Translations under genes and position numbers: made by a program
The notes under the pieces: model-generated
Seen by the model: only the letters and a program-made list of their open reading frames with translations
The model's database searches: none
What the model was told of the DNA's origin: nothing
Assembly (NCBI GenBank): GCA_018333525.1
Contig: JAGXTF010000059.1
Span: 17,334 to 81,333, forward strand
Length of the DNA: 64,000 nt
Source of the DNA: Bacteroidota bacterium
Lineage (GTDB): Bacteria; Bacteroidota; Bacteroidia; NS11-12g; UBA955
Direction of reading: 5' to 3'
Shown: in pieces, positions 9,598-18,596 of the stretch
Layout: each line of letters starts with the position of its first letter
Position numbering within the stretch: position 1 is the stretch's first letter

Positions 9598-9724
9598 AAA
9601 ACCTATTTATTTGGATCATCATACATGTGAAATCCGATTAGAAACATTCCCATGTTATTAGCATTTCCGGATTATTTCCAAATCCCATTATTCAATTAAC
9701 CAATCTTTCGATTGGTAAAATATG

Positions 9725-9753
9725 AAAAAGCACTTCTGAGAGAAGTGCTTTTT
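9725..9753. terminator. bidirectional rho-independent terminator (AAAAA-GCACTTCT-gag-AGAAGTGC-TTTTT)
   Basis: Perfect 8-bp stem with a 3-nt loop, flanked by an A-run and a T-run, downstream of the ArsR operon. Confidence 0.7.
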
Positions 9754-9860
9754 CATATTGGGGTATTCAATCCTGGTCTGGTAGAGATTCACAAATTCTT
9801 CTGACATTATTTAAACAGATCCATTTCCCTTTACTACCTGAACTGTATTAATTTTACAGT

Positions 9861-10586
9861 TTGTTAGCAGCTTTGGGTAAAAAGATAATTCTCATATTCA
9901 TATGGCTTTGGATTTTTCCTGTTTTTGGACAAATAGGTCTTAATTTAAATATAGGTGCAGCATCCATTTCAACTGGTGCCATGCATGTGAAGTGCCAGGT
10001 TAACAATGGACAGATAACGCCATTCTCCTATACTACCTCGCCCCAGTTTGCAAATATGTTCAATGCGCAATTTTATTATTCCAAGGGAGAATTTCCCTTT
10101 TTATTGGAATTCACCTATATCACCGGAAATTTTTATATAGACTTTAAAGAAAATATGGGGAATATTTTTCGCACGCAAAATTACAGGCAAAATATTTTTG
10201 GAGGTGGAATTACTATTGAACCATTGCAAAAAGCAGAAAGCAAATTTCGATATGGCTTTGGTATATATGCTTATGGATATCAATTTCACCCGGAATCCGC
10301 TAGCCAGGGGAGCAGAAGCAATGCGCAAATGCTCAATTTTTTCACCGGGCTGGAGGCTGGAATTCGTTTGAATCCATACTTCTATCTCAATGGTTATTTT
10401 CGAATTGCCCCGTTTGAAATCAATTATGTAAAATCTTTTAAAGGATTAATACCTTTAAGTTATCATTCCTCGGAATTCAAAATGTCTCAGCGAGATAAAA
10501 TACTTGGGGTTTGTTTGGGATTCGATTTTGCCAAATGGTTCCGCGAAAAAGACCGAAGCCCCGGAATCTTACATAAAAAGCCATGA
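9861..10586 (+). CDS. hypothetical protein, possible outer-membrane beta-barrel (TTG start)
   Basis: Signal-peptide-like N-terminus KKIILIFIWLWIFPVFGQ. Aromatic-rich alternating pattern and a C-terminal F-rich strand. Only TTG starts are available, so confidence is low. Confidence 0.4.
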   Translation: MLAALGKKIILIFIWLWIFPVFGQIGLNLNIGAASISTGAMHVKCQVNNGQITPFSYTTSPQFANMFNAQFYYSKGEFPFLLEFTYITGNFYIDFKENMGNIFRTQNYRQNIFGGGITIEPLQKAESKFRYGFGIYAYGYQFHPESASQGSRSNAQMLNFFTGLEAGIRLNPYFYLNGYFRIAPFEINYVKSFKGLIPLSYHSSEFKMSQRDKILGVCLGFDFAKWFREKDRSPGILHKKP

Positions 10587-10696
10587 ATCAGACTTAAAAG
10601 CTTGCACATTGTCCAATTACCAATGCACTTTAGGGGGTGGTTTTGCCACAAATCAGGACTGTGATATATTTGTAAATCAAGACTTCACACCAAACT

Positions 10697-12730
10697 ATGT
10701 CTAAAAAAAATCAACCCAAAAAACACATCCCAAATAAACCCTTGGAAGAACATGATATTTCAAAAAAGCCTGGTTTTTGGAATGTGAGAAATTTATCTGT
10801 TTTGGTTCTGCTCATTGCGGCAGTTCAGTTTTATCCCACAGTAAATTATGATTTGGTAAATTGGGATGACAACCTGAATATTTATGATAACAAAACGCTG
10901 GAACCATTTGCGAAAGAATGGAACTGGAAAAATGTGAAAACCATATTTACTTCAGATGTAGGAGGAAGTTATAACCCCTTACCTATTTTCACTTTTGCAT
11001 GTGAAATTTATTTTTTTGCATCGGATCCGGTTGAAAATCCCGGCATTTTTCATTTCAACAATGTATGGATGCATGCCGTTTGCACTATGCTGGTATTTTT
11101 GTTGATGCTGCGGCTCGGCTTAAAAAAGCCCTATGCATTTTTTGCCGGGTTGCTTTTTGCAATACATCCCATGCGAATTGAATCCGTTGCCTGGGTTACG
11201 GAACGAAAAGATGTACTATACGGGTTATTTTTTGTAGCAACACTTTACATATACACATTTATTTCCCGAGGTTCACCTCACAAAGTATGGCTTTACCTTC
11301 TGGCTATTATTTTCACCATTATTTCTCTTTTTGCCAAAGTACAGGCAGTAATTTTGCCGCTTTCCATGGTTTGTATTGATTTTCTGTCGAGCAGAAAATG
11401 GTACAGCTTTAAAATTCTGATTCTGGAAAAACTACCCTGGTGGATGATGTCACTGGCATTCGGATTGTTGAACGTTTACATGCTGCGCAACGTTGGAACT
11501 ATATCCAATGAATCCACGCAAAATTTCGATTTGATCCGACAACTCACCATTGGCTTATATACCTATGTTATTTATATGGTTAAATTCATTTATCCATATC
11601 AGATTTCACCTTTATATGTATATCCCACAATCCTGCCAAGTTATTATTATATAGCCCTTTTTCTGATTCCGGTAATTGCAATTGCTGTCATTTATCTCGG
11701 ATTTAAAAAGAAATACAAACATCTCTTATTTGCCTTTGCTTTTTTCACCTTCAATGTGATGTTCCTGCTACAGATAGTTACCGTGGGACAAGGTTTTCTC
11801 GCCGATCGCTTCACTTATATTGCATACATTGGCTTCTTTTATCTCGCTGCGTATGGTCTGCAAAAACTTGAAAGTGTTTTGATGCCATTTCGAAAAATTA
11901 TTTACACAGGAATGGCGGCCTATCTGCTTGTTCTGGCAATTACAACAGGACAACAAATGCAGTTATGGCAAAATTCCAAAACACTTTGGTCCAGAGTTAT
12001 TGAGGTAAATCCGCTGAATCCTATTGGGTATTTGTATACCGGAATTTATTTAAGAGATCAGGAAAAAGATCTGGAAGGTGCGAAACCTTATTTTATCAAT
12101 ACCGTAAAACTAGATCCCAGCAATGTGGAATACCGGAATAATTTGGGAACTGCTTATATGGATCTCGCTGCAAAAATTCCGTTGCGCGCACAAAAAGATA
12201 TTGAAAGAAGATTTGTGTGGTATGATTCTGCCCTTCAGCAATTTGAGATTATTGTAAAAAAGGAATCCGAAAACAAGATGAAGGATTCCATCACTTTTTC
12301 GAAATATCTGAGAAACCGGGGCGGATGCTATTTTTATTTGAACCAGCCTTTTCGCGCCATTCAGGATTATAACGAGGCCGCGAAATACTTTCCGCTTGAC
12401 CCCCAGTTGATAGAAAGCCGGGCCCTGGCATACATCAAAACCAATCAAAATGAAAAGGCAATTGTAGATCTCAGCACGTATATCAAAAACGCACCTGATA
12501 AATGGAACATGTATTATGAGCGTGCCATCTGTTATTACAAATTATTAAAATTTGATTTGGCTAAAAAAGACCTTGACTTTCTTATTTCCAAAGGACAAAC
12601 TAAAGGGGATTACTATTATTTACGATCCGAAGTAAATAAATCGCTGGGGAACAAAACGGAAATGAAAAACGATGCTATAAAAGCAAGAGAATTGGGCGTG
12701 AAGAATATGCCGGAATATTTGTTTTTGTAG
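10697..12730 (+). CDS. multi-pass membrane protein with C-terminal TPR repeats (TMTC/DUF1736-like, glycosyltransferase-39-like)
   Basis: About 10 predicted TM helices in the N-terminal 430 aa. At least 4 TPR-like repeats in the C-terminal 240 aa (YNEAAKYF, YYERAICYYKL). Confidence 0.7.
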   Translation: MSKKNQPKKHIPNKPLEEHDISKKPGFWNVRNLSVLVLLIAAVQFYPTVNYDLVNWDDNLNIYDNKTLEPFAKEWNWKNVKTIFTSDVGGSYNPLPIFTFACEIYFFASDPVENPGIFHFNNVWMHAVCTMLVFLLMLRLGLKKPYAFFAGLLFAIHPMRIESVAWVTERKDVLYGLFFVATLYIYTFISRGSPHKVWLYLLAIIFTIISLFAKVQAVILPLSMVCIDFLSSRKWYSFKILILEKLPWWMMSLAFGLLNVYMLRNVGTISNESTQNFDLIRQLTIGLYTYVIYMVKFIYPYQISPLYVYPTILPSYYYIALFLIPVIAIAVIYLGFKKKYKHLLFAFAFFTFNVMFLLQIVTVGQGFLADRFTYIAYIGFFYLAAYGLQKLESVLMPFRKIIYTGMAAYLLVLAITTGQQMQLWQNSKTLWSRVIEVNPLNPIGYLYTGIYLRDQEKDLEGAKPYFINTVKLDPSNVEYRNNLGTAYMDLAAKIPLRAQKDIERRFVWYDSALQQFEIIVKKESENKMKDSITFSKYLRNRGGCYFYLNQPFRAIQDYNEAAKYFPLDPQLIESRALAYIKTNQNEKAIVDLSTYIKNAPDKWNMYYERAICYYKLLKFDLAKKDLDFLISKGQTKGDYYYLRSEVNKSLGNKTEMKNDAIKARELGVKNMPEYLFL

Positions 12731-12735
12731 AAGTC

Positions 12736-12880
12736 ATATTTGTTGTCGGTAGCTTTCAGCCTAAAAACATCTTCGCGGATAAATCAACGTCTTGAAATTA
12801 TACATTTGTTGTCGGTAGCTTTCATCTGAAAAACATCTTCGCGGATAACCAAACCGGCTGAAAGCGTGTACCGACAACAA
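12736..12880. repeat. REP-like intergenic repeat family: two direct 49-bp copies plus one inverted partial copy
   Basis: Copies at 12736-12784 and 12802-12850 (TTTGTTGTCGGTAGCTTTCA.C..AAAAACATCTTCGCGGATAA). Inverted core GGCTGAAAGCGTGTACCGACAACAAG at 12855-12880, which can pair with either direct copy. Confidence 0.7.
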
Positions 12881-12988
12881 GACCGGTCTTCAAACATCAT
12901 ATTTATCACTCCCACCCTAACATCTAACTTCTCACATCAAACATCCCACTTCTCACCCGTCCTATCGGCTCGGGCAAGCATCTCCCCC

Positions 12989-14254
12989 TCACTCACCATT
13001 CCTTCTCGCATACACCAAATTGATGTCTACATTTTCATCTCCATAAAACAATAAAATCGGATATCTGTAATTGGCTAAAACTTCTATGGTAATTCTCTCT
13101 TCCGGAGAATAAAATCTCCAACTGGGAAGGAATTGTTCATCATTCGCATCTTCACCGTAAAACATATAATTGGTGGAATAAAAACGACCATATTTTTGAT
13201 ATTCAAATTTCGTTTTTCCACTATTATTGTACGCAATCACAGCTTCACTATAGGAAGCAGTATCCTCGTAATCGCCCGGATTTCCGGGGTACTCTGCGAA
13301 ATGTGGAATGGAAAGAAAATTGGATTTCCCTTGAATAATATCCTGAATTTCATTACCTCTTAGCCAAATCCAATTGAAAGTATCTTCCATTTTTTCGCCT
13401 TTAATTGCTGAAAAAACAGGCATTGCAAACTTGGGTTTTTGCAATGCTGATCCCCGAAATTTCACATGATAATCAAAATTATAATTCATCTCGGAACCTC
13501 TGAAATTCCCAAACATTCTGAAACGCACAACTGAATCAGACCATTCGGTATTGGAGAGTTTCACATTGTATTCTTCGGTAAAATGTTCTAAAATATTATA
13601 ATGAATTACACAACCGGCACCGGGTGTAAAATCATTATAAACCGGAGCTCTGTTTTGCACGCTGAATAATTCCATTTTATCCACCCAATCCTGTTTTAAA
13701 ATCAATGGATATCCGGCATCCGGTACAAAACTGAAATAATACAGCGGATTTTGGGAAACTACTTCTACAGCTTGAATTACATAAGCCGTGTCTTGCAATA
13801 TTATTTTTTGAGCGGTAATACCTTTCACATGAAACTCCACCAGCGAATCATATCGAAATGCCATTTTGGTTTTTCCGGTATTTCTCAATTCCTCAAAATT
13901 TACTTTGCTCAGCCATATGGACGACATATGATGAAAAACGCTGCTATCCGGATATTGGTTGTCATAAATCCTGGCGCTGTCCATGGCCCATTGATCCATT
14001 TTGGCATATCCTTTTACCCCTGGTTGTACAAAATCAAATTCATACCCATTTTCAGATAAGGGATAAATGGAAAGCTCAGATTCGCCATCAGCTTTGGTAA
14101 CCATATATTCAGCTGCCAATGTTTGGTGCAATTCCGGATGATTTTGAATATTAAAATACTTTGGGTTCCCTCCGGGGTCCGAAATCACTACCGGGGGTTT
14201 AATCAATTTACACGATACAACAAACAGGACAGTGATGGGTATAATCCATTTCAT
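12989..14254 (-). CDS. hypothetical lipoprotein
   Basis: Lipoprotein signal MKWIIPITVLFVVSC. The 421-aa ORF has no recognisable catalytic motif. Confidence 0.55.
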   Translation of the reverse strand: MKWIIPITVLFVVSCKLIKPPVVISDPGGNPKYFNIQNHPELHQTLAAEYMVTKADGESELSIYPLSENGYEFDFVQPGVKGYAKMDQWAMDSARIYDNQYPDSSVFHHMSSIWLSKVNFEELRNTGKTKMAFRYDSLVEFHVKGITAQKIILQDTAYVIQAVEVVSQNPLYYFSFVPDAGYPLILKQDWVDKMELFSVQNRAPVYNDFTPGAGCVIHYNILEHFTEEYNVKLSNTEWSDSVVRFRMFGNFRGSEMNYNFDYHVKFRGSALQKPKFAMPVFSAIKGEKMEDTFNWIWLRGNEIQDIIQGKSNFLSIPHFAEYPGNPGDYEDTASYSEAVIAYNNSGKTKFEYQKYGRFYSTNYMFYGEDANDEQFLPSWRFYSPEERITIEVLANYRYPILLFYGDENVDINLVYARRNGE

Positions 14255-14385
14255 TTACAAAGCGAATTAAGTTCAGAAGAAGCAAAGTAGAAACAACTCT
14301 GCTATGGATTTTCCCCTTTTCGACCGACTTATTTTAAAAGCCGACATTGGGTTTGGCATGCCATTTGAATTTATATTTGTACCAA

Positions 14386-14883
14386 ATGAAAATGAAACTG
14401 TTTATCGCCGGTTTAGCAGCGATGCTAACTATGGTATCTTTTGCCGTAAATGACTCTCTACCCTCCGTGGATGTGAAAGACATGGATGGAAATACAGTCA
14501 ATTTCAGTACTGTTGCGGAAAAAGGAAAAATCACCGTGATCTCCTTCTGGGCAACCTGGTGCACACCATGCCTGAAAGAACTGGAAGCCATTAACGAAAA
14601 ATATGCCGATTGGCAAACCACCTATAACATGAAGCTGGTTGCAGTAAGTATGGATGACGCAAGAAATTCCAAAAAAGTAAAACCAAAAGTATTGGGTTAC
14701 GGTTGGACATATCAGGTATTGCTCGACGAAAACAGCGATCTGGCCAGGGTTATGAATGTAAACAACCCTCCTATGACCTTTATCTATGACGGGGATGGCA
14801 AACAGGTTTGGAGCCATCAGGGATATACACCCGGTGCGGAAGACGAACTGGAAGCCAAGCTGAAAGAGATTTCAGGTAAATAA
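14386..14883 (+). CDS. TlpA-like thiol-disulfide oxidoreductase (thioredoxin fold, AhpC/TSA/redoxin family)
   Basis: Signal anchor followed by the WCxxC active site (FWATWCTPCLKELE). Start at the ATG at 14386 (MKMKLF...). Confidence 0.75.
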   Translation: MKMKLFIAGLAAMLTMVSFAVNDSLPSVDVKDMDGNTVNFSTVAEKGKITVISFWATWCTPCLKELEAINEKYADWQTTYNMKLVAVSMDDARNSKKVKPKVLGYGWTYQVLLDENSDLARVMNVNNPPMTFIYDGDGKQVWSHQGYTPGAEDELEAKLKEISGK

Positions 14884-14898
14884 AACGAAGTATTCAAA

Positions 14899-14938
14899 AG
14901 AGTCCTTTGCTACACCGGCAAAGGACTTTTTTGTTTTT
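14899..14938 (+). terminator. rho-independent terminator
   Basis: AGTCCTTTGC-tacacc-GGCAAAGGACT followed by TTTTTTGTTTTTG, immediately after the TlpA-like gene. Confidence 0.75.
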
Positions 14939-15017
14939 GTTGAACCTAAATTAAGATATCTTACACCATGCAATCTTCCCTTTTCCCGGGAAATTGGTTT
15001 CTTTTGTAAAAGAAAAC

Positions 15018-15542
15018 ATGATTTCCAAGAATATTGAAAAGGCATTGCAACAGCAAATTGCGCTAGAGGCTTATTCCAGCGCCTATTACCTCTCCATGGC
15101 CAGTTGGATGGATGTTGAAGGTTTTGAGGGAACAGCAGCATTTTTATACAAGCAGAGCGATGAAGAACGAATGCATATGTTGAAGATTCTTCACTTTATC
15201 AATGATAATGACGGGCACGCTGTGGTACCACAAATGGACGCCCCTCCCGTTACTTTTGAAAATTACCACAATTGTTTTCAGCGCATTCTGGAACAGGAAC
15301 AATCTGTAACCGCCAGTATTCACAGTCTGGTAAATATGTCTCTCACAGAGAAAGACCATGCCGCTAATAATTTTTTGCAATGGTATGTATTTGAACAAAT
15401 AGAAGAGGAAAAGCAGGTTAAAACCATTTTAAACAAATTGAAAATTATTGGGAACGACGGGCCCGGATTGTATTTATTAGACAATGAATTGGGAAAACTC
15501 GCGGGTCCTGTTATTGGCGTTTCCGCTGCAGATGGTGCTTAA
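15018..15542 (+). CDS. ftnA: non-heme ferritin
   Basis: Ferritin ferroxidase-site pattern (EAYSSAYYLSMASW...EERMHMLKI). Start at the ATG at 15018 (MISKNIEKALQQQ). Confidence 0.85.
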   Translation: MISKNIEKALQQQIALEAYSSAYYLSMASWMDVEGFEGTAAFLYKQSDEERMHMLKILHFINDNDGHAVVPQMDAPPVTFENYHNCFQRILEQEQSVTASIHSLVNMSLTEKDHAANNFLQWYVFEQIEEEKQVKTILNKLKIIGNDGPGLYLLDNELGKLAGPVIGVSAADGA

Positions 15543-15679
15543 AACAACCTTTCCTAATTTCTCAATTTTACTGTTGAGAATTCCAATTATCAGATTCTGA
15601 CCATAGGCTTACATTGCCATGACGCAAAAATGAAGGACTGCATTTAACTTGCATTGATCTGGTAACCATTTAAAATTTT

Positions 15680-18499
15680 TTGCCTATGTTTCAAAAGTAC
15701 CTTAGTTTATTTTTATTATTTTTCTCTTTTTCACAGGCAAAATCTTCTCATGTTGCCGGCGGAAATATCAGTTATAAATATCTGGGAAATAACCAATATC
15801 AGATATACTGGACCATCATTCGTGATTGCCGGGGAATTGGATTAGACAGCCCGGAATTAGGTGTATATGGAGGAACCAACGGAGGCAACAGCTGTTTTCA
15901 AACCAAATTAAATGGAAACAGAATCTCTATTACAGACATTTCCCCACGCTGCAGCACATCCAATGCTCCTTGCAAGCCACAAAATACACCTTCCGGGGAA
16001 GGATTCGAATCCCATGTGTATACCTATACCATAGATATTTCCAAATCACCATTTGCAGAGAATATTGCCAAATCTACCTGCTGTGAAATTACATTTTATA
16101 CCAAAATAAGTTCAAGGCCTGGTGTAATTACTACCGGGCCGGCTGGTAATTATTATGTAAATGTTCTTACCATTAATTTTTGTAATTTAAAAAAATGTAA
16201 AAACAAGGTATCAAATCCTCCCGAATTTCCAGTTAACGGAATTCAGATGTTATGTTGCAACCAGGCAAGCAGTTTTAATTTTGGCGCTGAAGATCCGGAT
16301 GGGGATAAAATAAAGTATAAACTCACTTCTGCCCTTTCCGGAATTCCCAATTCCACGGTAAATTATTCCTCTCCATTTTCGTATTTATATCCTTTAACAT
16401 GTTATTGTGTTCCACCCACAACAATCAAATGCAATCCAAACACAACAACAAATCCACCACGTGGAATTTATTTAGATTCCAACAGCGGTCAATTTGTTTT
16501 TACACCTACCAAATGTGATGAGGCTGCAGTAGTTGCTGTGGAAGGAATTGAATACAGAAAAGATACTTCAGGTAAATATTTACCCATTGCCAGAAGCATT
16601 CAGGATTATTTATTTCTGGTAAAAGATGATTGCGATTACAATAAAACTCCAACTGAAGAACTTTATTCCAGCAATTTTGCGGTTAAAGAAGGCGATACAT
16701 TGAAAATTCAATTGCATGTAATGGATGAAACATTTACGCCTTATCAAACCATTCCAGACACACCTTTAATTTTGGCATACGATACTTTTGCCCATTTTTA
16801 TCTGATTCTCACCAACCCTCAAGACAGAGAGAAAATATACGATCTGATATGGCCAACCAAAGTTGGTGATGCAAGGTTCTTTAATTATTATTTCCGCAAT
16901 AAATTCTCCGATTTTCATTGTCCAAAGCAAGTGTATGGATTTGCTGCAATTCCCATTCGCATTCAAAAGGAAGGTGTAAATATTGATTTTAATACATCAA
17001 AAGATACTTGTGGGAATACCGTTTTCAACGCGGTATCGAACCCGTTGGATGATGCGAATTACTTATGGACCTTGTATGATTCTACGGGAAAAGATACTAT
17101 TGCGCAATATGGTGGAAACAGTATTATTCCTTCAATTGGACTCCAGGGAAAATATCAATTAAAATTACAATCATTGAACGGTTTTTACTTTTTTAGAGAT
17201 ACTACAAAAACAATTTATCTCGATGGAAAATATTATCATGCAGATATTGGCGGACCTGAAATTCTTTGCTCCAATTCAAGTCTGGATATTTCAGCAACTT
17301 TATTCGAAACCCATCCACCGCTGCAATATTTATGGACTGTTAAAGCTGGAGGTTCAACAATTTTAACCAGTTCTGATCCCATTCTGAAATTAAATAATAT
17401 ACAGTCCAATCAGAATGTGACACTGGCAATCAAAGACAATAATGGTTGTTTTTATCAAACCAAGCCTAAAACAATTTCCATATTAAATGATATTAATCTG
17501 GATCTAGGAACGGATAAAAATGTGTGTTATGAAAATAATATTTTCATTGGTCCTGACCCTTTGAATTCGTTCAAATACAAATGGAATACCGGAGATACAA
17601 CTTCGCAAATTCAGGTGAACAAATCAGGAAAATATTTATTATCCGTAAATGCCCCTGGTTATTGTGATGCAATGGATTCCGTTGAACTAATGTTCGTTCC
17701 CAAACCAAATATTACTACCACAGATAGTTTGTATTGCAAAAAAGGGAATCCTTTGCAGATTGACCTGAACCACCATTTATTGGAGAACGGAAATGATATT
17801 ACAAATGGATCTGCGAGTTATGACAATGCTTATACAGACAAGTATAATTTAAATATTTACAACGGGCATTTTTTAAATATCAATCTAGGCTATTTTGGTT
17901 ACTGGAAAATCCCTTATCATTTTCATGTATCCGGTTGTCCGGATTTATCCGATACCATTCAACTGCGCACTTCCAGCAATCCTACTGCCCTGTTTAATAC
18001 AGATCCATCTGATTTGTTTGTATATGATCAATTGGATATTTTATTCCAAAACCGAACAACGAATGCAGATAAAACTCCATTATATTTCGATTGGTATATG
18101 GATAGATTTCCCGGGGATGTGTTACATTTTGTAGTGGACTCTTTAATACATTTTCCATCTGTGAGCGCAGGTTATCGCCCCAAGTTGGTAGTTACAACAG
18201 GCATGGGATGTGTAGATTCTATTCAAAAATTACTGAATATTATTCTGGATGTAAATTCGGTGCAGAATAACAGGCTGATCATCAATTCGGATTTGCAAAT
18301 TTTGAGTACTGAAATTGTAAATTACCAATTGATTTTGTTCGATGCCATAGGCCGGCGAATATTTGAGACCCACTCCAATTCCGGAATCAGGGAAAAGAAA
18401 AATGAATTGCCTGAAGGGGTTTATTATTATCAAATTGAATATAACACGCATCTGGCAGCACACCAGATGTTAAAAGGAAAGATTACAATAACCCGTTAA
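15680..18499 (+). CDS. large secreted cell-surface protein, paralog 1 of a tandem family; Cys-rich conserved N-terminal domain and T9SS C-terminal sorting domain
   Basis: Signal peptide. N-terminal motif SHVAGGNISYKYLGN..RDCRGI..GGTNGGNSC...CCEITFY...CNLKKC is shared with the next four genes. C-terminus LILFDAIGRRIF...LPEGVYYYQIE...KGKITITR resembles a T9SS CTD. Confidence 0.7.
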   Translation: MPMFQKYLSLFLLFFSFSQAKSSHVAGGNISYKYLGNNQYQIYWTIIRDCRGIGLDSPELGVYGGTNGGNSCFQTKLNGNRISITDISPRCSTSNAPCKPQNTPSGEGFESHVYTYTIDISKSPFAENIAKSTCCEITFYTKISSRPGVITTGPAGNYYVNVLTINFCNLKKCKNKVSNPPEFPVNGIQMLCCNQASSFNFGAEDPDGDKIKYKLTSALSGIPNSTVNYSSPFSYLYPLTCYCVPPTTIKCNPNTTTNPPRGIYLDSNSGQFVFTPTKCDEAAVVAVEGIEYRKDTSGKYLPIARSIQDYLFLVKDDCDYNKTPTEELYSSNFAVKEGDTLKIQLHVMDETFTPYQTIPDTPLILAYDTFAHFYLILTNPQDREKIYDLIWPTKVGDARFFNYYFRNKFSDFHCPKQVYGFAAIPIRIQKEGVNIDFNTSKDTCGNTVFNAVSNPLDDANYLWTLYDSTGKDTIAQYGGNSIIPSIGLQGKYQLKLQSLNGFYFFRDTTKTIYLDGKYYHADIGGPEILCSNSSLDISATLFETHPPLQYLWTVKAGGSTILTSSDPILKLNNIQSNQNVTLAIKDNNGCFYQTKPKTISILNDINLDLGTDKNVCYENNIFIGPDPLNSFKYKWNTGDTTSQIQVNKSGKYLLSVNAPGYCDAMDSVELMFVPKPNITTTDSLYCKKGNPLQIDLNHHLLENGNDITNGSASYDNAYTDKYNLNIYNGHFLNINLGYFGYWKIPYHFHVSGCPDLSDTIQLRTSSNPTALFNTDPSDLFVYDQLDILFQNRTTNADKTPLYFDWYMDRFPGDVLHFVVDSLIHFPSVSAGYRPKLVVTTGMGCVDSIQKLLNIILDVNSVQNNRLIINSDLQILSTEIVNYQLILFDAIGRRIFETHSNSGIREKKNELPEGVYYYQIEYNTHLAAHQMLKGKITITR

Positions 18500-18596
18500 T
18501 TTAAAGCTATAAAATACGCACCAATTCGAAATGAAAATATAGATACATTTTTTGAAACAAAAGTGTACATTTGACAGATAAAATAATTAAATATTT

